Part shown: positions 52,418 to 62,590 of the stretch, one piece after another
How positions within the stretch are numbered: position 1 is the stretch's first letter
Layout: each line of letters starts with the position of its first letter
Assembly: GCA_963730185.1 (NCBI GenBank)
Contig: CAVSQW010000002.1
Span: forward strand, 96,001 to 160,000
Source of the DNA: an uncultured Gemmatimonadales bacterium
GTDB lineage: Bacteria > Gemmatimonadota > Gemmatimonadetes > Gemmatimonadales > GWC2-71-9
Length of the DNA stretch: 64,000 nt
Reading direction: 5' to 3'
Notes under the pieces: model-generated
The model's database searches: none
Told to the model about the DNA's origin: nothing
The model's input: only the letters and a program-made list of their open reading frames with translations
Position numbers and translations under genes: made by a program

Positions 52418-53617
52418 TTGGACACGATAGAGCAGGCGATCGAGGATCTCCGGAACGGCAAGCTGATCATCGTCGCGGACGACGAGGATCGGGAGAACGA
52501 GGGCGACCTGGTGGCCGCCGCTGAGCTCGTCACCCCCGATCTCGTCAATTTCATGACGCTGCACGGGCGGGGACTGATCTGTCTCACCCTGACCCCCGAC
52601 CGCTGCGACCAGCTCGGACTCGGCCTGATGACGGCGGAGAACACCGAGCAGATGGGCACCGCGTTCACGGTGAGCATCGACGCCGAGCGGAAGTACGGCG
52701 TGACCACCGGGATCAGCGCGGCCGATCGGGCCCGGACGATCCACGTGGCCCTCCGCCCGGACACCACCCGCGAGGACCTCCGCCGGCCGGGGCACGTCTT
52801 TCCCCTCCGGGCCCGGCCCGGCGGCGTGCTGCAGCGGGTCGGGCAGACGGAGGCGAGCGTCGATCTGGCCCGGCTGGCGGGGCTGGCCCCGGCCGGCGTG
52901 ATCTGCGAGATCCTCAATCCCGACGGCACCATGGCTCGGCGGGCCGAGCTGGCCGAGTTCGCGAAGGAGCAGGGACTCGCCTTCGTGACGGTGGCCCAGC
53001 TGGTGGCGCACCGGCTCCAGACCGAGCGGCTGGTGCATCGGGTGGCCCAGGCGGCGCTCCCCACCGACTACGGCGAGTTCCGGATCATCGGCTACCGGAA
53101 CGACGTGGACGAGGCCGAGCACGTGGCGCTGGTCTACGGCGAGGTGTCGGGTGAAGCCGACGTTCTGGTGCGGATGCACTCCAAGTGCCTGACCGGCGAC
53201 GTCTTTCATTCCCGCCGCTGCGACTGCGGCGCCCAGCTCGAGGCGGCGATGCGCCTGGTGGCCGACGCCGGCCGGGGCGCGATCGTCTACCTCGACCAGG
53301 AAGGCCGGGGCATCGGCCTCCTCAACAAGCTCCGCGCCTACGAGTTCCAGGACCGCGGCGACGACACCGTCCGGGCCAACCAGCGGCTCGGCTTCGGCCC
53401 CGACCTCCGGAATTACGGGATCGGCGCCCAGATCCTTCGCGATCTCGGACTTTCCACCATTCGACTGATGACCAACAATCCCCGGAAGGTGGTCGGCCTC
53501 GACGGGTACGGCCTCGAGATCGTGGAACGGGTGCCGCTCGAGCTGCCCGCCAACGACGACAACCGGGCCTACCTCGCCGCCAAGCGGGACCTCCTCGGAC
53601 ATCTGATCGGGCACTAG
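52418..53617 (+). CDS. ribBA: Bifunctional DHBP synthase / GTP cyclohydrolase II
   Basis: DEDRENEGD, RPGHVFPL, RMHSKCLTGD, RCDCG, QEGRGIG, TNNPRK. Confidence 0.97.
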   Translation: MDTIEQAIEDLRNGKLIIVADDEDRENEGDLVAAAELVTPDLVNFMTLHGRGLICLTLTPDRCDQLGLGLMTAENTEQMGTAFTVSIDAERKYGVTTGISAADRARTIHVALRPDTTREDLRRPGHVFPLRARPGGVLQRVGQTEASVDLARLAGLAPAGVICEILNPDGTMARRAELAEFAKEQGLAFVTVAQLVAHRLQTERLVHRVAQAALPTDYGEFRIIGYRNDVDEAEHVALVYGEVSGEADVLVRMHSKCLTGDVFHSRRCDCGAQLEAAMRLVADAGRGAIVYLDQEGRGIGLLNKLRAYEFQDRGDDTVRANQRLGFGPDLRNYGIGAQILRDLGLSTIRLMTNNPRKVVGLDGYGLEIVERVPLELPANDDNRAYLAAKRDLLGHLIGH

Positions 53618-53620
53618 ACA

Positions 53621-53652
53621 TGGACGGCTGGACGGGCGGACGGCTGGACGGG
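53621..53652 (+). repeat. Intergenic octamer tandem repeat (YGGACGGS)x4
   Basis: TGGACGGC TGGACGGG CGGACGGC TGGACGGG between ribBA and ribH. Confidence 0.85.
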
Positions 53653-53678
53653 AACGGGAGCACCGATCCGGGGGGACG

Positions 53679-54158
53679 ATGGCGGAGCTGAGTGGGGCGC
53701 TGAGCAATCCCGGGCGGGTGGCGATCGTGGTGAGCCGCTATCACGAGCGGATCACCGCTCGTCTCCTTGCCGGGGCGCGCGAGTGCTGCCGTCAGGCCGG
53801 CCTGGAGGACGATGCCGTCGACGTGCTCTGGGTGCCGGGCGCGTTCGAGCTCGGTGTGGCGACCGCCGCCGCGGCGGCCAGCGGCCGGTACGGCGCCCTG
53901 GTGGCGCTGGGGGTCGTGGTCCGGGGCGAGACGCCCCACTTCGATTTCGTGGCGAGTGAGGCGACCCGGTCGTTAGGCAGCGTGGCGGTGGGCCACCGGC
54001 GGCCGGTGGGATTCGGCCTCCTCACCGTCGACACCATGGCCCAGGCGGAGGCCCGGGCCGGCGGTGACCAAGGCAACAAGGGATTCGAGGCGGCGGACGC
54101 CGCGCTTCGGACCGCCGACCTCCTCCGCCGGCTCGAGGCCGCCGATGCTCAGGGTTGA
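53679..54158 (+). CDS. ribH: Lumazine synthase
   Basis: VPGAFE, LGVVVRGETPHFDFV, GFGLLT, NKG. Confidence 0.96.
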   Translation: MAELSGALSNPGRVAIVVSRYHERITARLLAGARECCRQAGLEDDAVDVLWVPGAFELGVATAAAAASGRYGALVALGVVVRGETPHFDFVASEATRSLGSVAVGHRRPVGFGLLTVDTMAQAEARAGGDQGNKGFEAADAALRTADLLRRLEAADAQG

Positions 54159-54555
54159 GACCCGCGGCCGGGCCCGGGCGCTCCAGCTGCTCTACGCCTG
54201 GGACACGACGGGCCGGGCCATCGACCAACTGGTGCCCGGGCTGGCCCGGATCACCGGTCCCGAGCCCAAGGCGCTCGACCTGGCTGAGGCCCTGGCCGCC
54301 GGCGTGGCGGGGGAGCGGAGCGGGCTCGACGCGCATCTCGCCCGCGCGACCGAGCGGTGGCGGTTGGAGCGGCTGGCCGTGATCGACCGCAACATCCTCC
54401 GGATCGCCACCTACGAGCTGGCGCACGATCTGGTCCCTGGGAAGGTTGCCATCGACGAGGCGCTCTGGTTGGCGCACCGCTTCGGCACTCCGGAGTCGCC
54501 GGGGTTCGTCAACGGCGTACTCGACCGGGTGGCGCGCGACCTCGGACGGCTGTGA
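54145..54555 (+). CDS. nusB: Transcription antitermination factor NusB
   Basis: RARALQLLY, W.LERL..IDRNILR, VAIDEA, FVNGVLD. Confidence 0.94.
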   Translation: MLRVETRGRARALQLLYAWDTTGRAIDQLVPGLARITGPEPKALDLAEALAAGVAGERSGLDAHLARATERWRLERLAVIDRNILRIATYELAHDLVPGKVAIDEALWLAHRFGTPESPGFVNGVLDRVARDLGRL

Positions 54556-55700
54556 ACGTCCTCCTGGTCAACTGGCAGGATCTCGAGAACCCGCACGCGG
54601 GCGGGGCCGAGATTCACCTCTTCGAGCTGTTTCGGCGGCTGGTCTCGTGGGGGCACCGGGTTCGGATGGTGTGCTCCGGATGGCCCGGCGGCGCTCCGGA
54701 GGCCACGGTCGACGGGATCGAGGTCGAGCGGCACGGCGGGCGGCACACCTTCGCGCTGGTGGGGCGGGGCGCGGTTCGCCAGGCCCTGTCTCGGGGCCGG
54801 TACGACGTCCTGGTGGAGGACGTCAACAAGCTGCCGCTCTACACGGCCGGACTCACCCGGTTGCCTTCGGTCGTGATCGTTCCGCACCTGTTCGGGAAAA
54901 CGGCGTTCGAGGAGGCGTCCTGGCCGATGGCGGCGGCGGTGGTGGCGGCGGAGCGACTGATCCCGCGGGCCTACCGCCGAGCCTGGTTCCAGGCGATCAG
55001 CGAGAGCACCAGGGACGACCTGGTCGGCCGCGGGGTGCCGGTGGAGCGGATCGAAGTGATCCACCCGGGCATCGACGCGGAGCGCTTTCGGCCCGACCCC
55101 GCTCTTGACCGGGCCAATCCGCCATCCTTCTTATATGTGGGCCGTTTGCGGCGGTACAAGGGGGTTGAGGTGGCCCTTCGGGCGCTGGCCCTGGCCCGCG
55201 CGAGCCGACCCGATCTCGAGCTCGACGTCGCCGGGGCCGGTACCGACCGGGCCCGCCTGGAGCGACTCGCCGGGGGGCTGGGGCTTTCGGGAGCGGTGCG
55301 GTTTCATGGCTTCATCGACGAAGCGACCAAGCTCCGGCTGCTTCGGACCACCTGGGCCAATATTTTCCCGTCGCCCAAGGAAGGGTGGGGCATCACCGTG
55401 ATGGAGGCCGCGGCCTGTGGCACCCCGTCGCTGGCGTCCGACAGCCCGGGACTTCGCGACTCGGTACGGGACGGGCAGACCGGGTATCTGGTTCCCCATG
55501 GCGACGCGGAGGCACTGGCACGCCGAATGCTGACCCTGGCGGACGATGCCGCGCTGTTGGCGCGGCTCGGCCGGGAGGCCCGAGAGCACGCCGAGCGCTG
55601 GAGCTGGGACGACGCGGCCCGAGCCACCGAGGCGCATCTCGCCCGGGTGGCCGGCGGGTCTTCCCCATTCACTTCCGACTCATCCGAGGGATCCACCTGA
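54552..55700 (+). CDS. Glycosyltransferase family 4
   Basis: NWQD..NPHAGGAE, YVGRL..YKG, EGWGITVMEAAACGTP. Confidence 0.9.
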   Translation: MNVLLVNWQDLENPHAGGAEIHLFELFRRLVSWGHRVRMVCSGWPGGAPEATVDGIEVERHGGRHTFALVGRGAVRQALSRGRYDVLVEDVNKLPLYTAGLTRLPSVVIVPHLFGKTAFEEASWPMAAAVVAAERLIPRAYRRAWFQAISESTRDDLVGRGVPVERIEVIHPGIDAERFRPDPALDRANPPSFLYVGRLRRYKGVEVALRALALARASRPDLELDVAGAGTDRARLERLAGGLGLSGAVRFHGFIDEATKLRLLRTTWANIFPSPKEGWGITVMEAAACGTPSLASDSPGLRDSVRDGQTGYLVPHGDAEALARRMLTLADDAALLARLGREAREHAERWSWDDAARATEAHLARVAGGSSPFTSDSSEGST

Positions 55701-56008
55701 TGCGAACCACGATCAGTGTCCGGCACACCGACATTTCCGACGAGCTCAAGACGCGGGCCGAAACGGTCCTCGAGCGCCTCGACGGGCTGTCGCCGCACAC
55801 CCTGGAAGCGACGGTCGTGTTCGACGGCGGGCCGCTGACCCACACGGCCGAGATCCGCCTGCACGTCCGGGGCGGCAAGATCCTGATCGGGACCGGCGAA
55901 GGGTCGGATCATCGGACCGCGCTCGACCGGGCGGAAGCGAAGATCCGGCCTCAGCTCGACCGGGCCAGCGATTCGAAACGCGCCCGCCGCTCGTCGCCGA
56001 GGCCGTGA
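55700..56008 (+). CDS. hpf: Ribosome hibernation factor (short HPF/RaiA)
   Basis: ISVRH..ISDEL, AEIRLHV.G, ALDRAEAKI..QL; upstream of hprK. Confidence 0.8.
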   Translation: MRTTISVRHTDISDELKTRAETVLERLDGLSPHTLEATVVFDGGPLTHTAEIRLHVRGGKILIGTGEGSDHRTALDRAEAKIRPQLDRASDSKRARRSSPRP

Positions 56009-56970
56009 CCTTGCGCCCGCGCGACCTCCTGACCCGGCAGAGCGACTACCTCCAGCTCACGTCGCTCACCGGCGAGGTCGGGCTCGACCGGCAGCTCCCC
56101 GATCCGGACATCGCGAGTCCGGGGCTGGTCCTGGCCGGCTATACGGGCCGGTTCGTGCCCAAGCGGCTCCACGTGCTGGGCGAGACCGAGGTCACCTATC
56201 TGGCGTCGCTGGACGACGCCGGGCGGCGACGGGCCCTCGAGACCTTCTTCGGCTACGATCCGCCCTGCGTCTTCATCTCCAAGGGGCAGGACCCGCCCGA
56301 GCCGCTGCTCGAGATCGCCAAAGGGCGGGGGGTGCCGGTCCTGGTCACCGCGCTCAAGACGGCGGAGTTCTACCGCCGGATCAAGCCGATCCTGGAAGAG
56401 GCCTTCGCGCCCCGGACCACGCTCCACGGCTCGCTGGCCGACGTCTACGGCGTGGGCCTGCTGTTCGTGGGGCGGAGCGGCGTCGGCAAGAGCGAGTGCG
56501 TGCTCGACCTGGTCGAGCGGGGCCATCGGCTGGTGGCCGACGACGTGGTGATCGTAACCCGGCGAGGCCACGACGTGCTGATCGGCCAGGGGCACGAAAT
56601 GGCGGGCCACCACATGGAGATCCGCGGGGTGGGGCTGATCGACATCACCGCCCTGTTCGGGATCCGGGCCGTCCGCCAGCAGAAGCGGATCGAGGTGGTG
56701 GTGGAGCTGGCCGACTGGGACAAGGCCCAGGACGCCGACCGGACCGGGCTCCTCCGCCAGGAGGCGCGGGTGCTCGACGTGGCCCTCCCCAAGGTGGTGG
56801 TGCCGCTCAACCCGGGGAAGAACCTCACCGTGATCTCCGAGGTGGTTGCGATGAACCACCTGCTTCGGATGACCGGGGTCGATTCGGCCGCCGCGTTCAA
56901 CGAGCGGCTGATCCGCAAGATGAAGGAACAGCGCGGGCTCCGCGAATATCTCCGGGAAGATTACGAATGA
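56005..56970 (+). CDS. hprK: HPr(Ser) kinase/phosphorylase
   Basis: PGLVLAGY, LHGSLADVYG, GRSGVGKSE, LVADDVV, HMEIRGVG. Confidence 0.96.
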   Translation: MTLRPRDLLTRQSDYLQLTSLTGEVGLDRQLPDPDIASPGLVLAGYTGRFVPKRLHVLGETEVTYLASLDDAGRRRALETFFGYDPPCVFISKGQDPPEPLLEIAKGRGVPVLVTALKTAEFYRRIKPILEEAFAPRTTLHGSLADVYGVGLLFVGRSGVGKSECVLDLVERGHRLVADDVVIVTRRGHDVLIGQGHEMAGHHMEIRGVGLIDITALFGIRAVRQQKRIEVVVELADWDKAQDADRTGLLRQEARVLDVALPKVVVPLNPGKNLTVISEVVAMNHLLRMTGVDSAAAFNERLIRKMKEQRGLREYLREDYE

Positions 56971-57341
56971 GCACCGAGCTGCACGGGGTCGTGGTGGCCC
57001 ACGGGGAGCTGGCCCCGGCCTTGATCGGGGCGGTGGAGGAGATCAGCGGGGTCCGGGGCGCCCTGGTCCCGGTCTCGAACGCGGGATGCGACCGGAGCCG
57101 GCTGGAGGAGCGGATCCTCGAGGCGGTGGCCGACCGGCCGTCGCTGGTCTTCATCGACATGCCGAGCGGCTCCTGTCTGTTTGCGGCGGCCCGGCGGCTG
57201 GCGCCGCGGGCGGGCGTCCGGCTGGTGACCGGCGTGAACCTCGCCATGCTCCTCGATTTCGTGTTCCACCGCGACCTCGAGCTCGCCGTCGCCGCCGACC
57301 GCGCGGCGGAGACCGGCGGAAAGGCGATTCTGGTTCGCTGA
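56967..57341 (+). CDS. PTS mannose-family EIIA
   Basis: GVVVAHG, FIDMPSGS, TGVNLAML. Confidence 0.9.
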   Translation: MSTELHGVVVAHGELAPALIGAVEEISGVRGALVPVSNAGCDRSRLEERILEAVADRPSLVFIDMPSGSCLFAAARRLAPRAGVRLVTGVNLAMLLDFVFHRDLELAVAADRAAETGGKAILVR

Positions 57342-57826
57342 TGGCCATCGTCGTGTGCCGGGTGGACGACCGGCTGGTTCACGGACAGGTGGTGGTGGGG
57401 TGGGGGCGCCCGCTCGAGATCGAGCGGATCGTGCTGGTCGACCACGACGTGGCCGCCAGCGAGGACGAGCAGGAGCTGTACCGGCTGGCCACGCCGTCCG
57501 GGATGACGGTCGAGTTTCTCGACCCGGACCAGGCTTCGCCCCGGCTGGAGACGCTGGCCGCGGGTCGGGAGCGGGTGCTGGTGCTGACCGGGTCGGTCGA
57601 CACCATGGTCCAGCTCGCCCGGGAGGCGCCGAGGGCGGTCCGGTCGGTGACCCTGGGGGGCGTGCACGGCGGGCCGGACCGGCGGGAGTACCTGCGCTAC
57701 GTCTATCTCACCGAGGCCGAGCTCAGCGAGCTCAAGAGGCTCGACGCGGCCGGGATCCGGGTCACGGCCCAGGACCTGCCCGGGTCGCGGCCGGTGTCGG
57801 TGGCCGGGTGGACGGTCCGGGGGTGA
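57341..57826 (+). CDS. PTS mannose-family EIIB
   Basis: RVDDRLVHGQVVVGW. Confidence 0.93.
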   Translation: MAIVVCRVDDRLVHGQVVVGWGRPLEIERIVLVDHDVAASEDEQELYRLATPSGMTVEFLDPDQASPRLETLAAGRERVLVLTGSVDTMVQLAREAPRAVRSVTLGGVHGGPDRREYLRYVYLTEAELSELKRLDAAGIRVTAQDLPGSRPVSVAGWTVRG

Positions 57827-58494
57827 GCGTCGCCACCCTGCTCGGCCTGGTGCTGGTCGGCACGATGGCCGGTCTGGATCTCGTCAGCGTGCTGCAGGGG
57901 CTGCTCTCCCGCCCGTTGGTCGTGGCCACCGCGGCGGGCGTGCTCCTCGGCGACGTCCAGTCGGGGCTCCGAATCGGGGCCGTGCTCGAGCTCTTCGCGC
58001 TCGACGTGATTCCGGTGGGGGCGTCGCGCTACCCCGATTTCGGAGCGGCCACGGTCGGGGCGGTGATCGCCGCCGGCGGCACGGCCTGGACCTCCGCGTT
58101 AGGGGCCGCCGTGGGGGTCGGCCTGGTGTTCGCGATCGGCGCCGGGGCGACCATCCCGGTGACCCGGCGGCTCAACGCCCGGACCATCCGGGCGCTGGGC
58201 CAGGGGTTGGTGGAGGGCGATCCTCGGGCGGTCGAGGCGGTCCACCTCCGGTGTCTGGGGCACGACGTGGTCCGGAGCCTCGGACTCTCGGTGCTGGCGG
58301 TCAGCGCCGGATGGATCCTGGCCGGGCCGGTGGCCCGGCTCGATCCCGGCACCGGCTGGTGGCTCACGGCGCTGGCGCTCGCGGGCGGGGTGTGGGCGGT
58401 GGCGCACGGGGCCACGGTCGCCGGCCGGAACGGCGCCCGATGGCGGTGGGGCATGGTCGGGTTGATCGTGGGCCTGATGCTGGTGGTCCCGTGA
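57823..58494 (+). CDS. PTS mannose-family EIIC
   Basis: Q..LSRPLV..G..LGD..GL.IGAVLEL..PVGA; hydrophobic. Confidence 0.87.
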   Translation: MSVATLLGLVLVGTMAGLDLVSVLQGLLSRPLVVATAAGVLLGDVQSGLRIGAVLELFALDVIPVGASRYPDFGAATVGAVIAAGGTAWTSALGAAVGVGLVFAIGAGATIPVTRRLNARTIRALGQGLVEGDPRAVEAVHLRCLGHDVVRSLGLSVLAVSAGWILAGPVARLDPGTGWWLTALALAGGVWAVAHGATVAGRNGARWRWGMVGLIVGLMLVVP

Positions 58495-59225
58495 GCGGCG
58501 GCTTCTGGCGGACCACGGGCCGGCTCCTGGTGCTGCAGGCCTCCTGGACCTACGAGCGGTTGCAGGGCCTCGGCGCCGGCTTCGCGATCCTCCCGCTGCT
58601 GGACGGGTTACGGGACGACCCCGAGCGGTACCGAGCCGCGGTTGGCCGGTCCACGGAGTACTTCAATTCGCATCCGTACCTGGCGGGCATCGCGGTCGGC
58701 GCGGCCGCCAGGGCCGAGCTGGAGGGTGCGCCGGGGACCGCGATCCAGCGACTCAAGACCGCCCTGTCGGGACCGCTGGGCGCGCTGGGCGACCAGCTCT
58801 TCTGGGTGGGGGTGGTGCCGGCGATCTCCGGTGCCCTCCTGGCCGGCGTGGCGCTGGGGGGGGGCGTCCCCGCGGTGGCGACCGGGTTCCTGCTCTACGT
58901 GGTCGTCCGGGTGCTGGTCACGTCCTGGGGGCTCCGGCTGGGGCTCAGCGCCGGCCTCCGGGTGCCGGTGGCGCTCAAGTCGTCCGGTCTGCCCCAGCAG
59001 GTGCGGCGGGTGGGGAACGTGGCCGGGTTCGCGATCGGCGTGATGGTCCCGCTGGTGCTGGCGTGGTTCAGCGGGGCCGGCCCCGATCGGATGACGTTGG
59101 CCGGGGTGGTCGGCGGCGGGGCCGGCGTGGGCGCGGGACTCTTGCACCGACAACTGCCGTCGTCGCGACGGCTGACGCTGATCGGCATGGCGCTGGTGTT
59201 GCTCTGGCGATGGGGACTCGGATGA
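58491..59225 (+). CDS. PTS mannose-family EIID
   Basis: QASWTYERLQGLG, FNSHPY, LSGPLGALGDQLFW. Confidence 0.9.
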   Translation: MSGGFWRTTGRLLVLQASWTYERLQGLGAGFAILPLLDGLRDDPERYRAAVGRSTEYFNSHPYLAGIAVGAAARAELEGAPGTAIQRLKTALSGPLGALGDQLFWVGVVPAISGALLAGVALGGGVPAVATGFLLYVVVRVLVTSWGLRLGLSAGLRVPVALKSSGLPQQVRRVGNVAGFAIGVMVPLVLAWFSGAGPDRMTLAGVVGGGAGVGAGLLHRQLPSSRRLTLIGMALVLLWRWGLG

Positions 59226-59487
59226 TCGCACGCGACGCAACCATCGTAAACCCGCTCGGGCTCCATGCCCGGCCGGCGGCCCAGCTGGTCAAGCTCGCGG
59301 CGTCGTTCTCCAGCCAGATCGAGCTGGTGAAGGACGGGACCCCGATCAACGGCAAGAGCATCATGGGGGTCATGATGTTGGCGGCGGAGTGCGGCAGCAC
59401 CCTCACGATCCGGGCCGACGGCGACGACGCCGAGGCGGCCGTCGACCGCGATCGTCGAGCCTGGTCGAGTCGGGGTTCGGCGAGTGA
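59222..59487 (+). CDS. ptsH: HPr (two +1 insertions near 59447 and 59461)
   Basis: NPLGLHARPAA (His15), GKSIMGVMML (Ser46); corrected C-terminus AIVELVESGFGE*. Confidence 0.92.
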
Positions 59488-59497
59488 GGCCGACCGG

Positions 59498-61296
59498 GTG
59501 ATCCGCGGCGTCGGCGTCTCGCCCGGGCTGGCGTACGCGCCGGCCGTGGTGCTGCGAGTGGCGCTTCCCGGACGTGCCCGATCGCTCGGTCCGGCCCGAC
59601 GAGGTCGACGGCGAGATCGCCCGCCTCAACGAGGCCGTGGCCGCGGTGGCCGACTACCTGAACGGGCTCGCGCGAACGGGTCCTCCACTCGGCCGGGCTC
59701 GAGGAGTCGCGAATCTTCGAGGCCCAGATCCTGATGGTGCAGGACCAAGACTTCCTGGCCGGGGTCGTGGCGCTGATCCGGAGCAACCAGCTGAGCGCCG
59801 AGACGGCGTTCGAGTTCAAGGCCCTCGAGCTCCGGGTCGCCTGGTCCGACACTACCAATCTCCGGCTCCGGGAGCGGCTGGCGGACCTGGCGGCTACCCA
59901 GATCGCGGGTGCTCCGACACCTGATGGGCCGGACCGACGACGAGGCCACCGGCGTGTCGCAGGACGCGCCCTTCATCCTGGTGGCGCGCGAGCTCTCGCC
60001 CGGCCTCACCGTCCAGCTCGATCGAGAGCAGCTCCTCGGCCTGGTCAGCGAGGAGGGCACCCGGACGTCGCACGCCGCGATCCTGGCCCACTCGCTGGGG
60101 ATCCCGGCCGTGATGGGCGCCTCGGGCGCGGTGAACCGGATTACGCGCGGCACCATGGTGCTGATCGACGGTCAGACCGGCTCGATCCTGCTCGACCCCA
60201 CCCGCGAGGAGCTCGAGCTGGCCCGGGTCCGGGCCACCCGCCGCCAGAAGATCGAGCTCGAGCTCGAGGGGCTCAAAGGCCAGCCGGCCCTGACGCCCGA
60301 CGGCCATCAGGTGGCTCTGTTGGGCAACGTCGACCTCCCCGAGGAGATCGATCTGGCCGTCCGCCACGGCGCCGAGGGGGTGGGGCTTCTTCGGACCGAG
60401 TTTCTGGTCACCGGTCGGGCCCGGCTCCCGACCGAAGACGAGCAGTACCGAATACTTCCGGCGCGTCTGCGCGGCGTTTCCCGATCGGACGGTGGTGATC
60501 CGCACCTACGATCTCGGCGGCGACAAGTTCCCGGTGGCGTTCGACGCGCAGCCGGAGGCCAATCCGTTCCTCGGGCTGGCGCTCGATCCGGGTCTGTCTC
60601 GACCGGCCCGAGATCTTCCGGCCCCAGCTCCGGGCCCTGCTCCGGGTGGCGGCCGACCGCGACGTCCGGGTCATGTTGCCGCTGATCACCAACGTCGACG
60701 AGGTGATGGTCACCCGCGAGCTGATCGCCCAGGAGGCGCACGACCTGGCCGCCGCCGGCATCAAGGCGGCCGCCAGCGTGAAGTTGGGCGTCATGGTCGA
60801 GACGCCGGCCGCGGTGGTGATCGCCGACCGGCTCGCCGCGGTCAGCGCGTTCTTCAGCATCGGCACCAACGACCTGACCCAGTACACGCTGGCGGTCGAC
60901 CGGGGGAGCGCCCAACTCGCGTCACGGTTCAATCCCCATGACCCGGCCGTGGTCCGGCAGCTCCGCCACGTGTTGGACGCGGGCCGCGCCGCCGGCATTC
61001 CGGTCAGCGTGTGCGGAGAGATGGCGTCCGAGCCGCTCAGCGCGCTCCTCCTGATGGGACTGGGTTTCGACGTGCTGAGCATCGCCTGTCCGACCTTGCC
61101 CCTGGTCCGCTGGCTGATTCGGAAAGTGCCCTATTCGGTCTGCCGGGAAGCGGCGGAGGCGGCCCTCGCGGCGCCCTCCGGCGACGCGGTGGCGGAGGTG
61201 CTCCGGAGCGCCCTCGGCGGCCACGTGGACATGCGTCTCTTCGACCCCGAATCGGCGTTGCCCGGGCGCTTCTCCGGGGCTAGCTTGCAGCCTTGA
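59498..61296 (+). CDS. ptsI: PTS enzyme I (five +1 insertions between 59555 and 60575)
   Basis: GVGVSPG, GTRTSHAAILA, GVGLLRTEF, RTYDLGGDK, EANPFLG, MVETP, SIGTNDLTQY, CGEMA found across successive frames. Confidence 0.92.
61258..61286 (+). promoter_or_regulatory. metK promoter TTGCCC-N17-TAGCTT inside the 3' end of ptsI
   Basis: Hexamers with 17-nt spacer; TAGCTT is the same -10 seen at other genes in the window. Confidence 0.45.
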
Positions 61297-61341
61297 CCGC
61301 CCGTTGATTTTCCGACCCCTAGCCCGAAGGCATCCTGGACT

Positions 61342-62568
61342 ATGGCGCGCGCCAAACGGCACGTCTTCACCTCGGAATCCGTCACCGAAGGCCACCCCGA
61401 CAAAGTCGCCGATCGGATCTCCGATGCGGTGTTGGATTCGATCCTGGCCCGCGACTCGGCCGCCCGGGTCGCTTGTGAAACGCTGGTGACGACCGGCATG
61501 GCCGTCGTGGCCGGCGAGATCACCACCACCACCTACGTCCACATTCCCGACGTGGTCCGCCGCACGGTGGCGGACATTGGCTACACCGATGCCTCGTTCG
61601 GCTTCGACAGCCGGACCTGCGCCGTGCTGGCGTCGATCGACCGGCAGTCGCCCGACATCGCCATGGGGGTGAATTCCTCCCGCCGGAAGGCCCAGGGGGC
61701 GGGCGACCAGGGGATGATGTTCGGCTATGCCAGCCGCGAAACCCGGGAGCGGATGCCGCTCCCGATCATGCTGGCGCACCGGATCGCCGAGCGGTTGGCG
61801 GCGGTCCGCAAGGGGCTCCACGGCCTCGATCAGGTCGAGTGGCTCCGGCCCGACGGCAAGTCGCAGGTGTCGGTGGAGTATGAGGGCGATCGCCCGGTGT
61901 CGGTCAGGACGGTGGTGGTCTCGACCCAACACGCCGAGCGCTTCGGCCGCCGCGAGCTCTCGGCCGGCACGATCAAGGACACCGTGATTCGGGAGGTGAT
62001 CAAGCCGGTGCTCGAGAAGGCGGGCCTCCCGTCGCGCGGCGTCAAGTTCCTGATCAACCCGACCGGCCGCTTCGTCGTCGGTGGACCGCACGGCGACGCC
62101 GGGCTCACCGGCCGGAAGATCATCGTCGACACCTACGGCGGCATGGCCCGGCACGGCGGGGGCGCGTTCAGCGGCAAGGACCCGTCGAAGGTCGACCGGT
62201 CGGCCGCGTACGCCACCCGCTGGGTGGCCAAGAACATCGTCGAGGCCAAGCTGGCCAGCCGCTGCGAGGTCCAGGTGGCCTACGCCATCGGCGTCGCCGA
62301 GCCGGTCTCGATCATGATCGACACCTTCGGCACCGGCGTGATCGCCGACCGCCGGCTGGAGCAGATCGTGGCGGAGGTGTTCGACCTCACGCCGAGCGGG
62401 ATCATCGCCGCGCTCAAGCTGAAGCGACCGATCTATCAGGCCACGGCCGCCTACGGGCACTTTGGCCGGCGGCCCAAGACCGTCAAGGTCGAGGGCAAGA
62501 CGGTCGAGCTCTTCACGTGGGAGAAGACCAACAAGGTCAAGGATCTCCTGACCGCAGCCAAACTCTGA
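61342..62568 (+). CDS. metK: S-adenosylmethionine synthetase
   Basis: [39 protein letters not shown]. Confidence 0.98.
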   Translation: MARAKRHVFTSESVTEGHPDKVADRISDAVLDSILARDSAARVACETLVTTGMAVVAGEITTTTYVHIPDVVRRTVADIGYTDASFGFDSRTCAVLASIDRQSPDIAMGVNSSRRKAQGAGDQGMMFGYASRETRERMPLPIMLAHRIAERLAAVRKGLHGLDQVEWLRPDGKSQVSVEYEGDRPVSVRTVVVSTQHAERFGRRELSAGTIKDTVIREVIKPVLEKAGLPSRGVKFLINPTGRFVVGGPHGDAGLTGRKIIVDTYGGMARHGGGAFSGKDPSKVDRSAAYATRWVAKNIVEAKLASRCEVQVAYAIGVAEPVSIMIDTFGTGVIADRRLEQIVAEVFDLTPSGIIAALKLKRPIYQATAAYGHFGRRPKTVKVEGKTVELFTWEKTNKVKDLLTAAKL

Positions 62569-62590
62569 TCCTGGAGCCCGCGGGACCCGC

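Noticed and set aside
53621..53652. CRISPR array
   Set aside because: Units are 8 bp with no spacers, and there are no cas genes.
59063..59734. Apparent HPr-EI fusion ORF
   Set aside because: Created by insertions that bypass the HPr stop at 59485-59487.
61287..61341. SAM riboswitch before metK
   Set aside because: The leader is short and I see no SAM-I/II/IV consensus.
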